Positions 52,475-62,698 of a stretch of 64,000 bases of DNA are shown here, one piece after another. The stretch covers positions 1-64,000 of IMG/VR virus record IMGVR_UViG_3300017527_001400; one strand, given 5' to 3'. The notes beneath the pieces were generated by a model that searched no databases, was not told the origin of the DNA, and saw only the letters and a program-made list of their open reading frames with translations. The DNA is from a virus. Every line of letters begins with the position of its first letter. Position 1 is the first letter of the stretch. Made by a program: the position numbers and the translations under genes.

Positions 52475-53615
52475 AAATGTTGGGCGATCAAATGAAATGT
52501 CAATAATGGACGTTGCAATAGCTGACATCGAACGAAAGGTAGCCAGAAAGGTGAAAAACGGTTATCGAATCGTACCCGATCTGGACAACATTGGCACAGC
52601 TGCTGAGCCAGACAAAATGGACTTTGATAACCCGCCAACGTCATTCTGCCCGTCCAAACCAATCTCACAACCGACGGCCAAGCACATTGAAAAAGCAACT
52701 GCTGGAACACACATATATCAGGTTAAAGAAAACGGCATGTGCCATTATGCCTTTTTTGGCAGCACGGGTAAGGTTCGAATCTTTACCCGAAGAATGAATG
52801 ATCATACAGCTAAATACCCAGGCATCGCTTTGAATCTGAAACAAGCATGCATACCAAAGAACAGCGTCCTTGGAATCGAGCTCGTCGTTTCTCCAGGGAT
52901 TGGCAACCATCAAGAAAATCATAAATATATGCAACAGATCTCAAAGGTCGATACACATAAAGGCGAGCTCAAAGATGATCTTACAGAATCGTTTGCCAGA
53001 CAGCAGAAAAATCAAGTCAGAGGTTGTGTGTTCTCGATTTATTACTGGGATAGTGAAGAGATCTGGAAAAAGAAATCCAATGAATCTCTCATCTTGATTG
53101 AAACGAAGTTTCATAGCAGGGACAACGGAAATCGATTGTATGCTCCAAAATCTATTCCATTGAGAGGAATCGAACAAGCAAGGACATGGTTAAAGCAACA
53201 AAAAGGTATGATCGAAGGACTGGTGCTGTGGGATCTTGATGATAAGGTTGACGTTGGATTCTCTGGCAAACCCAAACGCCGGGCATCATACAAGATAAAG
53301 ATCGTGCTTGAAACAGATGTCATCGCTTATGGTTGGGAAGAAGGAAAGACAAAGGGTGAGATAGGATCCTTACTCATTGGAAAACTTAATAAAGACCATG
53401 GATTACCAGTGGGCGTTTTTGATGCAAGCCAGCTTATTGAGATGGGCAAGGTCGGCTCAGGTTTAAAAGGCGACCTGCTTGATCCAGCCAACTGGGACTT
53501 CCCACAAGTCATAGAGATCAAGTATGACGTTCAAAATCCAAATGGCAGCTTTATTTTCCCACGCTTCAGTAAGGTCCACGAAGACAAGGTGCCGGCCGAA
53601 TGTATCCAAGAATAG
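52335..53615 (+). CDS. ATP-dependent DNA ligase with WGR-like N-terminus
   Basis: KENG (motif I), IEGLVL, YKIK, VGSG, IEIKY, FPRF..HEDK. Confidence 0.8.
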   Translation: MEHYLVQNSSQGRIKFLHLSLVGEDMQSVWGLIGGKTQTKMTSYQPKNVGRSNEMSIMDVAIADIERKVARKVKNGYRIVPDLDNIGTAAEPDKMDFDNPPTSFCPSKPISQPTAKHIEKATAGTHIYQVKENGMCHYAFFGSTGKVRIFTRRMNDHTAKYPGIALNLKQACIPKNSVLGIELVVSPGIGNHQENHKYMQQISKVDTHKGELKDDLTESFARQQKNQVRGCVFSIYYWDSEEIWKKKSNESLILIETKFHSRDNGNRLYAPKSIPLRGIEQARTWLKQQKGMIEGLVLWDLDDKVDVGFSGKPKRRASYKIKIVLETDVIAYGWEEGKTKGEIGSLLIGKLNKDHGLPVGVFDASQLIEMGKVGSGLKGDLLDPANWDFPQVIEIKYDVQNPNGSFIFPRFSKVHEDKVPAECIQE

Positions 53616-54638
53616 AAATAGGGCAAACGCACTATGTATGGATGATAGGTGTAAGCACTGGCATAGTGATTGGATATACGGATAATGCTAAAGAAAAATA
53701 CAAGATAGGAATAGGACACAAGCTAGCTACATGGTCTCCAAGTGTATTTAAAATACCAACAAAAATTCCTGATCGAATTTTAAGGGTCTTTGGTAAAATG
53801 AAATTATTAGGGAAAATATAATGGGATACATATATCAAGCATGGAGGGGTAATGTTAAGAAAGGTAAAATCTTGGTTCTTGGGCATTTTGAAACCTGGGA
53901 AGAAGCCAACAGAAAGCTCAAAAAAACAACCCGACTCTACCCACAACAAGGCGTCGACAGCATCAACCTCGTCACAAACGAACGGAACGAAAATACTCGG
54001 GGGCCCGAGCCGGAAAGCGTTCGGAAAGAAAGACATAATCCCAATGAACTTTACAGACGGAACAGACCCGTTCTGGGATCTCGCCCCAAAGTTAAACGAA
54101 GTCGAAAAGGAAGCAAGAAACGGAAAAACAAACGTGTTAATAATAATCCAAAGAAGTGATGAAGGAATATCTACGTATTGGAGAGGAACAAAGCCACTTA
54201 CAGCTGCACTCGGCTCTTTAGAATTTGGAAAACTCCAATTATACGAAAATGGAGGAGAATAAATGAATAGCCGCAGATTATTCCCAACATACAAAAAAGC
54301 CAAGAAATTCCTGCAACTTCAGCGAATAATGCATCCTATGAAAACTGAAAACTGGAATATCTATGACATGAAGAAATCTCACCCACGAATGACAAAGAAT
54401 CGATATTTTGTTGGAAGCTATTTTGAATGGCTTCAATGCTAATTAAGGCAAGCTTAATGGCAGCTGGTAATGGAGATAACAATGGAAAAAGAAATTTGTC
54501 CACTATTTACAGCAGCCAGCATAGCAGCTGGCGTAATAGGAAAGTCTTATAGAGTTTGTGTTGAAGAATGCAAATGGTATAACAAAAAAGAAAAGACATG
54601 TATTGTTGAGGAATTAGATAGAAGTCTTATGGATATTT

Positions 54639-56099
54639 CTAAGAATCTTCCTTAACTCCGCTACTGTCTAAATCTTCCTCCTCAACTTCAAGCTCAAGTT
54701 TGGCATTAATCAGGATCTCCTCTTCAATGATTTCATAGTCTTCATCAGTTAGATCCGGCAGAACCATCTTGGTCATGTGTTTCTGAGCTTTCTGTTTAAA
54801 GGTCGTACTGCTCACCTCACTAATGCTCTTGATAATATTGTCAAGGCTAAGGCTTAGATCATCGATAGAAAAGTGCGGAGAACGAGTGATGCCAACATCT
54901 TCAAATTGGTCTTCCATGTTTTGCCATTTACACCATAAACGGATTATGTTTTCCTCTGATTCAAGCAGATTGGCATTTTTCTGAATCAAAACACTGTTCA
55001 ACTGTTGAAACTCGTATCGGAGAGCAAGACCCGACGACACTTCGTTGTTACTTTTCCGTTGGCCATGCACACCGGAAAGGTGGGCGATCCGATACGTTTC
55101 ATCGGTCTTTCGGTCAATCCATCTCAATACAGCCTCAATAGGCTCAGCAATGGCCGCCTCCATCCAATCGGGTCTCGCCTGTGGATTGTCTGGCGGGAAC
55201 TCCTGCACAGCACGAACACCTACCGTCTCACCTGCTGGTTCATCACCTTCTTTTTGCATAGGCAATCTCAACATCGGAAACCCAGCGAACTTAATTACCT
55301 CTTCGCCATGAGATAGATTCCTCACGATACTGGCTGTTATATAAGATATTTCACGTATGTCTGATATACCAATGTATGGTGTATAGATATTCTTGATGTT
55401 CGGCAACCATACAAATGGAATCTCATCTAATGGATTTACCCCGGCGCTAACAAGTATTGCCTGGCCTTTATTTACGAATGATGCTTGGGCCATCTCTTTA
55501 TCATTCATGATCCTCCAGATCTCCCATCTATCTTTTCTCCAGATCGTAAAGGTATCTTTATCTTTTTCCCTAAGCTTGAGATATACCAATTCGGGACGAT
55601 GTGTATCTGGATTAGTCTTCCACTCCCAATCATAGATATTAGAAAGGGTATACATACTGCAGTAAGGATACACACCTGCTGATATCTCCTGAGCTTTTGT
55701 CTTCATGTCACCGGCCTTGTTAACCAGGACGCCGGCTGAGCCGTAGACAGAGGCAATCTTCTGTGAATTGTTCAGGAACATATCGAGATCTGTGCCAGAA
55801 AGATCAGCATCTTTTTCAAACATCTTCCATTGCTTATCCTGCTCAACACCACCCATATGACGAACAGGTGCTCTTTCAGTCAGATAAAAATTAAAAAGAT
55901 CAACAATAGCAGCAGAATAGTTAAAGCAGATGCCCTCTTCAATTCGACTTTTCCAATTCTTGAATGATTCCAGTGGATGCTGCGTTAAGGCATTCTCAAT
56001 GAAAGGACGACCACCATCATACGCTAATCTATAAAAATTCCATGAAGTTTCGTTAGCTATATGAATGTCATGTTTTTTTTCTAGCTCTTGCTTATCCAT
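54639..56099 (-). CDS. portal protein
   Basis: AYDGG, FNYSAAIVD, LDEIPFV, SGLALRYEFQQLN; follows TerL. Confidence 0.85.
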   Translation of the reverse strand: MDKQELEKKHDIHIANETSWNFYRLAYDGGRPFIENALTQHPLESFKNWKSRIEEGICFNYSAAIVDLFNFYLTERAPVRHMGGVEQDKQWKMFEKDADLSGTDLDMFLNNSQKIASVYGSAGVLVNKAGDMKTKAQEISAGVYPYCSMYTLSNIYDWEWKTNPDTHRPELVYLKLREKDKDTFTIWRKDRWEIWRIMNDKEMAQASFVNKGQAILVSAGVNPLDEIPFVWLPNIKNIYTPYIGISDIREISYITASIVRNLSHGEEVIKFAGFPMLRLPMQKEGDEPAGETVGVRAVQEFPPDNPQARPDWMEAAIAEPIEAVLRWIDRKTDETYRIAHLSGVHGQRKSNNEVSSGLALRYEFQQLNSVLIQKNANLLESEENIIRLWCKWQNMEDQFEDVGITRSPHFSIDDLSLSLDNIIKSISEVSSTTFKQKAQKHMTKMVLPDLTDEDYEIIEEEILINAKLELEVEEEDLDSSGVKEDS

Positions 56100-56115
56100 T
56101 TTGATTTCCTTTTTT

Positions 56116-57615
56116 TTACTTCCAGAATAACCTTCGTGATCGTTTGTATTGTGGCCGGGCAGCCCACCTAAGATATTGGGATGTCGAATCGACTATATCA
56201 TCAAACTTGCCATATGGAAATTGTGCGATCTGCGTTTCAAATTCTACCCTCCATGAAGCCTTTTCAGGAATAAATAGATTTCCAGCCTCTATGATTGGAG
56301 AAGTTTCGCTCATACGAATTTTTTTGTTCACATCTGCCTTAATTGGCAGAACAGTAAGATCGGGATGCTTTTCACGTAAATCCTGGATAAGGCTTTGTCC
56401 ACTGGCCTTGTCCTCTATTAATATAGGTATAGGACCAAATCCATAAGCCTTCCATTTATCATGAAGACGAATAACGGCCCGTTTAAGTCTTGGATATGTT
56501 AGACGTTTATTGACGAGATCGAGAAGATAATGTTTACCGTTTTTACCAAGACCCCAAACGGTACCTGCTGATGGATCATTAAGCTGAGCCTCTTTGAAGG
56601 CTGTATCCCAGGAACAGACGACCTTTACCAGTTTTGGGAGGATGCCATCGTTGATGTGCTTCCGCCACTTGTTTGATAATCGATCAAGACTGAATAAGGC
56701 TTCGCAGTTAGGGAACATGAAGTACTGCCATTCGTGTAACGGATAATGTTGAAGCCAGTTGATATCAACGATACCTTCACCCTCGGGGATGGGTCGCTGT
56801 TGGTAGAGGGATGACCACTCACGGGTTCCGATGGTAGCTCTGGTGGCTTCAAGTCTCTCCTTGTCATATCTTGATGGCCACAACGGATCGCCTGACTTTC
56901 TGCCAATAATATCCCCATCTTCTTCCGCGATTGCTGGAAGCTCAAGTACCTTCCAATTCTCATGTGCCGCTTCATCTTGTAAGAACCCCGCCAAATCATA
57001 ATAACTCCATCTTGTCATAATTAAAATAATTGCATGTTTATCCATGAGACGAGTATAAGCAACAGCACGAAACCAATTACGTAGATCGGCTTGTGAAGCT
57101 TCCGAATCAGCGTCCTTACGTCCTTTAATTGGGTCATCAATAATAAAAAGATGAGCACCACGCCCAGTAACAGCGCCACCAACGCCTGTGGAAAAGTATG
57201 CTCCGTCTTTTTCTGTGCTGAACTTGTTTGCGCCTTTACTGTCTGTTGAAATCGCAGATCCTGGAAAAATTTCATTGTATGCCGGGTCCGTTAGTTGATT
57301 TCTGACCTTTCTTCCAATGTCTGTTGATCGATCGAAAGAATAGGTAGCTGATATAATTTCTCGTTCTGGATGTCTGCCAAGGTACCAAGCTGGAAAGAAC
57401 TCCGAAACAAGCATTGTTTTTCCGTGTCTCGGAGGCATAAAAATCATTAATCGTTCAATTTTGCCTTGCTCAACCTTTTCAAGATGGGACGCGATAAGAC
57501 GATGGTGAGGAGCTATCTCGTACTTGGGGTATTGTAATTTGACATAGGAAAGAAGTTTGGCATGTGCGTAAGCCCGAACTTTCTGTATAGGATCACTAAA
57601 CAGGCTCTGAGGCAT
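56116..57615 (-). CDS. terL: terminase large subunit
   Basis: MPPRHGKT, TGRGA, IIDDP, MTRW, YQQRP, SWDTAFK, IEDKASG, DDIVDSTSQ. Confidence 0.95.
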   Translation of the reverse strand: MPQSLFSDPIQKVRAYAHAKLLSYVKLQYPKYEIAPHHRLIASHLEKVEQGKIERLMIFMPPRHGKTMLVSEFFPAWYLGRHPEREIISATYSFDRSTDIGRKVRNQLTDPAYNEIFPGSAISTDSKGANKFSTEKDGAYFSTGVGGAVTGRGAHLFIIDDPIKGRKDADSEASQADLRNWFRAVAYTRLMDKHAIILIMTRWSYYDLAGFLQDEAAHENWKVLELPAIAEEDGDIIGRKSGDPLWPSRYDKERLEATRATIGTREWSSLYQQRPIPEGEGIVDINWLQHYPLHEWQYFMFPNCEALFSLDRLSNKWRKHINDGILPKLVKVVCSWDTAFKEAQLNDPSAGTVWGLGKNGKHYLLDLVNKRLTYPRLKRAVIRLHDKWKAYGFGPIPILIEDKASGQSLIQDLREKHPDLTVLPIKADVNKKIRMSETSPIIEAGNLFIPEKASWRVEFETQIAQFPYGKFDDIVDSTSQYLRWAARPQYKRSRRLFWK

Positions 57616-58156
57616 CTATAATATCTCCACCAACGTCTGCTAGCCGTTTAAGGCCATCAAACTCATTGTTAGAAGCATTCACAATTTCATCTATTTGGGC
57701 TGTTGTCAGATTGGCAGTAACACTTTGAACGCGAATATTCCTCGTATTCATCTGACCTGCACCAACAAGTTTGGTTTCAAGCTCTATGATCTTCCGTATT
57801 TCTTCAACAAGCTTTCCTCCAGTAGCATTCTTGGGTAAAGACCTTAGCTTTTCCCAAGCCCACCTATGAAGAACCTCAAGTCTTGCCATACTCCGTGTAA
57901 GCACAATCCCAGCATCAACAAGAGGACTGCTCAAAAGCCTATGCGTTACAACCTTTACATCACGCTTTATAGTGTCGAGACTTACGCTATGATGTGTCGC
58001 CATGTCTTTTTGAGTCCATCCATCAAGCCATTGTCTTTGAACATCTGCACGACGACTTATAATCTGTCTTGACCTAAATTTGTAGTTTTTAACAGCGCGG
58101 GAACTTGCATTAAATTCCTTGCCATAACCAACTGGATTGTTAAGATTAATAGCCAT
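57596..58156 (-). CDS. probable terminase small subunit (HTH)
   Basis: GWTQKDMATHHSVSLDTIKRDV HTH; overlaps the TerL start. Confidence 0.65.
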   Translation of the reverse strand: MAINLNNPVGYGKEFNASSRAVKNYKFRSRQIISRRADVQRQWLDGWTQKDMATHHSVSLDTIKRDVKVVTHRLLSSPLVDAGIVLTRSMARLEVLHRWAWEKLRSLPKNATGGKLVEEIRKIIELETKLVGAGQMNTRNIRVQSVTANLTTAQIDEIVNASNNEFDGLKRLADVGGDIIDASEPV

Positions 58157-58216
58157 ATAGGGTGTCCTTAATAATAGGAATATACAAGATATAGTAGTGA
58201 ATAAAGAAGAAATATG

Positions 58217-58252
58217 TTGACATTTAATAAAATATAAATTAAAAATTGTCAA
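58217..58252. promoter_or_regulatory. candidate overlapping divergent sigma70-type promoters
   Basis: TTGACA on + (58217) and on - (58252) flanking an AT-rich core, between packaging and head operons. Confidence 0.5.
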
Positions 58253-58431
58253 CAATAATATGGTATTGAACCATAGCTTGTGAAGGGGCCATTTAACAAA
58301 TACGGAAGCAAAGAGCGATGGGAAAGCCAAAAGATGCGAGAGGCGTCGGAGGCGGCGGGATGCCCGATTCAATCTAACCTTCTAAGATGGCATTAACGCA
58401 GCGATAGGCTGCACGACGGGAGGTCAAAGCC

Positions 58432-59244
58432 ATGAAACTGAAGCTTAATGAAGATGGAAACGTTGTTGTACAGGATGGAATGCCGGTTTATGTTGATGAC
58501 AAAAACAATGATATCGTTCATGATGCACCAAAATTATTGTTTAAAGTCAATGCGTTAACCCAGGAGAAAGATCGTCACTTCGAAACAGCCAATGGTTTGC
58601 AGAAAAAGCTGGACGTTTTCGACGGTATCGATCCTAAAAAAGCTGCAGATGCGCTTGCGGTTGTCGAAAAACTTGATGGGAAAGAAATGATTGAAGCTGG
58701 TGAATTCGACAAGCTAAAAGGGCAGATGCAGGACATCTCAGACCAGAAACTTGATGAACAAAAGCAAGTATTCGAGGCAAAGATAAGCGACTTATCAGCC
58801 CTGTCTGAAACCCAAAAAGGGACAATAGAACACTTGATTGTCACTAACCACTTCGCTCAAAGCCCATACTTTTCCGGCTCAAAACCAAAGACCGTTTTAA
58901 GTCCGGACCTCGCAGCCAATGTATTCAAAGATTTTTTCAAAGTTGAAGGTGAGGGTCAAACGACAAAGCTCGTCGGGTATATTGACGGAGAAAAAATTCC
59001 ATCCAGAAAAAATGTCGGTGAACCGGCGAATTTCAATGAAGCGATATCCACAATCATTGAGCATCATCCAGAGAAAGATCGTTTTCTTTCCTCCTCAGTA
59101 GGAGGGGGCCCTGGATCAGGGAGCAACTTTAACGTAGACGATGGAGTCGTTATGATCTCTGCAGCTGATGCAAAAGTTCCCGCAAAATATCGAGCAGCGC
59201 GAGAAAAAGCAGAAAAAGCAGGGGTTTTGATAAAGATCGTCTAA
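58432..59244 (+). CDS. head scaffolding protein
   Basis: MKLKLNEDGNVVVQDGMPVYV start, coiled coil, GEPANFNEAI, GGGPGSG; precedes capsid gene. Confidence 0.75.
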   Translation: MKLKLNEDGNVVVQDGMPVYVDDKNNDIVHDAPKLLFKVNALTQEKDRHFETANGLQKKLDVFDGIDPKKAADALAVVEKLDGKEMIEAGEFDKLKGQMQDISDQKLDEQKQVFEAKISDLSALSETQKGTIEHLIVTNHFAQSPYFSGSKPKTVLSPDLAANVFKDFFKVEGEGQTTKLVGYIDGEKIPSRKNVGEPANFNEAISTIIEHHPEKDRFLSSSVGGGPGSGSNFNVDDGVVMISAADAKVPAKYRAAREKAEKAGVLIKIV

Positions 59245-59267
59245 TTTCCTAATAAAGGAGATTTAAA

Positions 59268-60473
59268 ATGCCGAACACAATCGACCCTTATAATCCTATT
59301 TTTTATGCTCAAGAAGCGCTTATCGTTCTGGAAGATGCCCTTGGCATGGCTGCTCGCGTTCATCGTGGATACGATGCAGAACGCAAATCAGCCAACAAAG
59401 GCGATACAATTCAGATCAGTAAACCCGGTACCTTCACAACCGCTGTTGGTGGTAATGGATCCACAGTACAGGATCTCGAACCTACCAGCATCGACATGAC
59501 GCTGGACAATTGGCGTGAGGTGAAGTTTGGCTTGACCGATAAGGAACTGGCCTACACCACAGAAAAAATCATTTCCGATCACCTTTCCCCGGCCACATAT
59601 GCACTGGCCCATTACATCGAAACAACCCTTACAAACCTTTATCAGAAGGTACCGTGGTCTTTCGACATCGCAGCATCTCCTGGTGCTGATGACATCGTCG
59701 ATGCCAGAAAAGTCCTGCGGGACAATGCTGGAACCATTGTTGACTCCGATATGATCCATTTCGGAATCGACTCCACCATGGAAGCAGCCTTCCTGAAAAG
59801 TGAAGTATTTCATGCAGCTCGCATTGCTGGCGCCGATGCCAACAAACAGGCTCTGCTGAATGGTTCCCTCGGGGAACGGTTTGGCTGTGAGCATTTTGTA
59901 CAGCAAACATTGGCTCAGCATACATCTGGTACAGTCGTATCAGTTGCAAGCGATCTGGTAGGTGTTGTAACCGGTGCTCATGCAAAAGGCGTATCATCTC
60001 TGTTAGTTGGATCCCTTGAAGCTGGTGACAGTTCCAGCGTTACCAAGACTCTCAAGGCTGGCGACAGTTTTGTTATTGCTGGCGATACCCAGCGCTACAC
60101 AGTGACAGAAGACGTTGTCCTGTCAGCTGGTGTTGCTACCTTGGCTATTTGGCCCAAACTGGCTGTAGCGATGTCTGGTTCTGAGGTAATTACCTTTGAA
60201 ACAGCCGATTCAACAAATTACGCTGACAGTTATTATCCAAACCTGATGTTCCACAGAAATGCTTTCGCATTGGCTCTTGCCCCTCTCCCCGATCTGGGCA
60301 ACAACGCCGGAGCGCGCATGGCTGTGGCAACCGATCCGAGAACCGGACTCTCGATCAGATCACGCCTTGCATATGATGATTCCTATGCAAAGGTACTGAT
60401 TACCCTTGATGTTCTGTTTGGTGTCAAATGTCTTGACCCGAACTTGGCGGTTGTAGCTCGAAGAAACGCTTAA
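59268..60473 (+). CDS. major capsid protein (P22 coat-like, with insertion domain)
   Basis: KGDTIQISKP, LKAGDSFVIAG, NLMFHRNAFALA, LDVLFGVKCLDP. Confidence 0.9.
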   Translation: MPNTIDPYNPIFYAQEALIVLEDALGMAARVHRGYDAERKSANKGDTIQISKPGTFTTAVGGNGSTVQDLEPTSIDMTLDNWREVKFGLTDKELAYTTEKIISDHLSPATYALAHYIETTLTNLYQKVPWSFDIAASPGADDIVDARKVLRDNAGTIVDSDMIHFGIDSTMEAAFLKSEVFHAARIAGADANKQALLNGSLGERFGCEHFVQQTLAQHTSGTVVSVASDLVGVVTGAHAKGVSSLLVGSLEAGDSSSVTKTLKAGDSFVIAGDTQRYTVTEDVVLSAGVATLAIWPKLAVAMSGSEVITFETADSTNYADSYYPNLMFHRNAFALALAPLPDLGNNAGARMAVATDPRTGLSIRSRLAYDDSYAKVLITLDVLFGVKCLDPNLAVVARRNA

Positions 60474-60501
60474 TCCATAACATTCAGTCTTCAACCTGAT
60501 A

Positions 60502-60540
60502 TAAAAAAGGCGGGTGGATTTAATCCGCTCGCCTTTTTTT
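60502..60540 (+). terminator. intrinsic terminator (possibly bidirectional)
   Basis: AAAAAAGGCGGGTGGA-tttaa-TCCGCTCGCCTTTTTTT. Confidence 0.8.
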
Positions 60541-60574
60541 CTATACCAAAATTTTAACCAAATGGGGGCAAAGA

Positions 60575-60958
60575 ATGAGACTCGAGACAGTTGAGTGTGT
60601 ACATCCTGCGAATAGCACGCAGAAAATGATTATCAATAAGTCGGACTATAACCCACTCGTTCATGTTTTGTGGGAAGACCGTGTCAATGAAGCCTTAAAA
60701 GAAAAGGCCATTAAAGAAAAAAAGGCCGAAGAAAGAAAGGCAGCTAAAAAAGAGAAAGATCGAAAAGAAGCTGAGCTGAAAAAGGCTGCTGAAAACGAAA
60801 AGAAAAAGGCTGACAAAGAGAAGGCCGACAAAGAGGCCAAAGAAAAGGCTGACGAAGAAGCCAAGGCTGAAAAAGAAGCCAAGGAAAAGGCCGACAAAGA
60901 GGCCAAGGCTGAAAAAGAAGCCAAAGACAAGAAAAAAACGTCCGGGGCAAAACGATAA
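60575..60958 (+). CDS. small head-region protein with K/A/E-rich repeat tail
   Basis: MIINKSDYNPLVHVLW then EKADKEAKAEKEAK repeats. Confidence 0.65.
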   Translation: MRLETVECVHPANSTQKMIINKSDYNPLVHVLWEDRVNEALKEKAIKEKKAEERKAAKKEKDRKEAELKKAAENEKKKADKEKADKEAKEKADEEAKAEKEAKEKADKEAKAEKEAKDKKKTSGAKR

Positions 60959-60983
60959 CTTTTAATAGACAGGAGATATTCCC

Positions 60984-62687
60984 ATGGCAATTACAGCAGC
61001 GGACGTATCCGTAGCCACGAACGGTGATATCCGATGGGAGGATGGTGGGGCGGGAGATGGCCCCTACACCGTTCTTGAACTCCATAGGTATCTGCAGAGC
61101 TTGGCTGATGACCAGCAAGCGTCTGGTGATGATCTGCTCGACATCACCAGTCCAACCCCTTCCGAGCGTTCAACCGATAACATTATTACCCTGAATGGAA
61201 CTTACAATATTGATGCTGAAATGGCTCAGCATCTTTATGACGGCTCCATCACGCAGGGTTCTGGGGACGAAGTTTATTCGGGTCTGGTAGTTGTGGGCGC
61301 GGTAAACTTATCTACCACCCTGATGATTGTTCAAGACAATGCCCTTTACGATGATGGTGTTCATACACCTTCTTCACCCTTCTGGGGCACTGGTTTAAAC
61401 AGTGATGCAACGGCAAATATTCTGATGCGCTGTATGATTCTCACCAGATCAGGTGGTACAGATGTTGATGGAAAAAAGATCCGTGTTCAGGCTCGAGAGT
61501 ATTTGGACACCTATGCTGAGTTCTCTGTAACACTTGGTCTTGGAAATTCCACGGCAGCTATTTTTACCAGTGACGATCTCAATAACACAACTGCTGCCGG
61601 TACAGTGGCAACATGGGATACCATTGTCAACAACACAGAAGGATACGTTGCGATTGATCTGGGTGGTGGTGATGGTGATAAGTATTACTATTCAGAATGG
61701 GACCGTGCAGCTTATACGATCAATCAGCTCTATGAACGGGCCAAGTGGCTGCAGAGAAGAGGAGCGACCTCAGATTCGTCAGGCGACCTTGAAGATCTCT
61801 ATGGCATGGATGGTGAGTTGTTTCGAGGTATTACCCATCAGATTGCTGTAGATAATCCAGGCGGCACCTTCGATGCTTTTGAGCCCGTGTCGTGGAGTGG
61901 CGGGACCGGATATATGCTTGCCATCAACAGTCCTGGGGCAGCCACAGCAATGTGGATTCAGTTAACCAGTGGGGCTATTGTTACCGAAGATCAGGAAATC
62001 ACAGGGACAAATTCATCAGCGACCTGTGACGCGGACGCAACCATTACTTCTCGGCTGCTTTCGCCTTGTTTCCTTGGGCAGTCAACTGGTACAGCTATCA
62101 TCGGTGGTTACGGTGTTGGCATTGAGTCAGCTGATTTGACCAGTTCGGACCTTCTTTTTGACCTTGCAAATGCAAGCCAGCAGCCTCCAAACAATGTGAC
62201 ATTCACTGTGTCCGGTTTGGTGGCTGGTGAAGATTATGTCTTGGTTACCAATGATGAGTCCACTGATATTGATTATGACCAATTGACTCTTGATACGGAT
62301 TTGACCGCTTCTGGTCAGGTAGCCATTGTCTGTTCCGGCGCAATCCCTGTAGATACCCCAGCAGCAGGAACGGTGCGAGTTAATTTGGACTCCGGTATTT
62401 ACCGGAGAGTAGCGTATACGTCTTATTCCGGTGTGACGTTTACCACGGCATCCACAGACTGGACCGATCCATTGGATGCTCAAGGAGCCAAGAACATCTT
62501 TATCAGTTACATTGATAAATTGGCTGGCGCCACCTCTGAGGAGTTCACCACAATCTACAATGCGCCGAGAACACTGTTTATTCGGGTGCGCGACGGCGGT
62601 GGTTCTCCGATCAAGACTTACGAGACCACTGGTACCCTTGGGACTGCAGGCGGCTCAGCTACAGCAACAAGAACGCCTGACGCCTAA
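60984..62687 (+). CDS. virion structural protein (acidic, T/G/D-rich)
   Basis: 567 aa, beta-rich; AGGAG RBS; within the structural operon. Confidence 0.65.
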   Translation: MAITAADVSVATNGDIRWEDGGAGDGPYTVLELHRYLQSLADDQQASGDDLLDITSPTPSERSTDNIITLNGTYNIDAEMAQHLYDGSITQGSGDEVYSGLVVVGAVNLSTTLMIVQDNALYDDGVHTPSSPFWGTGLNSDATANILMRCMILTRSGGTDVDGKKIRVQAREYLDTYAEFSVTLGLGNSTAAIFTSDDLNNTTAAGTVATWDTIVNNTEGYVAIDLGGGDGDKYYYSEWDRAAYTINQLYERAKWLQRRGATSDSSGDLEDLYGMDGELFRGITHQIAVDNPGGTFDAFEPVSWSGGTGYMLAINSPGAATAMWIQLTSGAIVTEDQEITGTNSSATCDADATITSRLLSPCFLGQSTGTAIIGGYGVGIESADLTSSDLLFDLANASQQPPNNVTFTVSGLVAGEDYVLVTNDESTDIDYDQLTLDTDLTASGQVAIVCSGAIPVDTPAAGTVRVNLDSGIYRRVAYTSYSGVTFTTASTDWTDPLDAQGAKNIFISYIDKLAGATSEEFTTIYNAPRTLFIRVRDGGGSPIKTYETTGTLGTAGGSATATRTPDA

Positions 62688-62698
62688 AGAGGTGGTTT

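Noticed and set aside
60661-61118. Minus-strand ORFs (also 53632-54303, 47547-48146, 31576-32097)
   Set aside because: Antisense shadows of well-supported + strand genes
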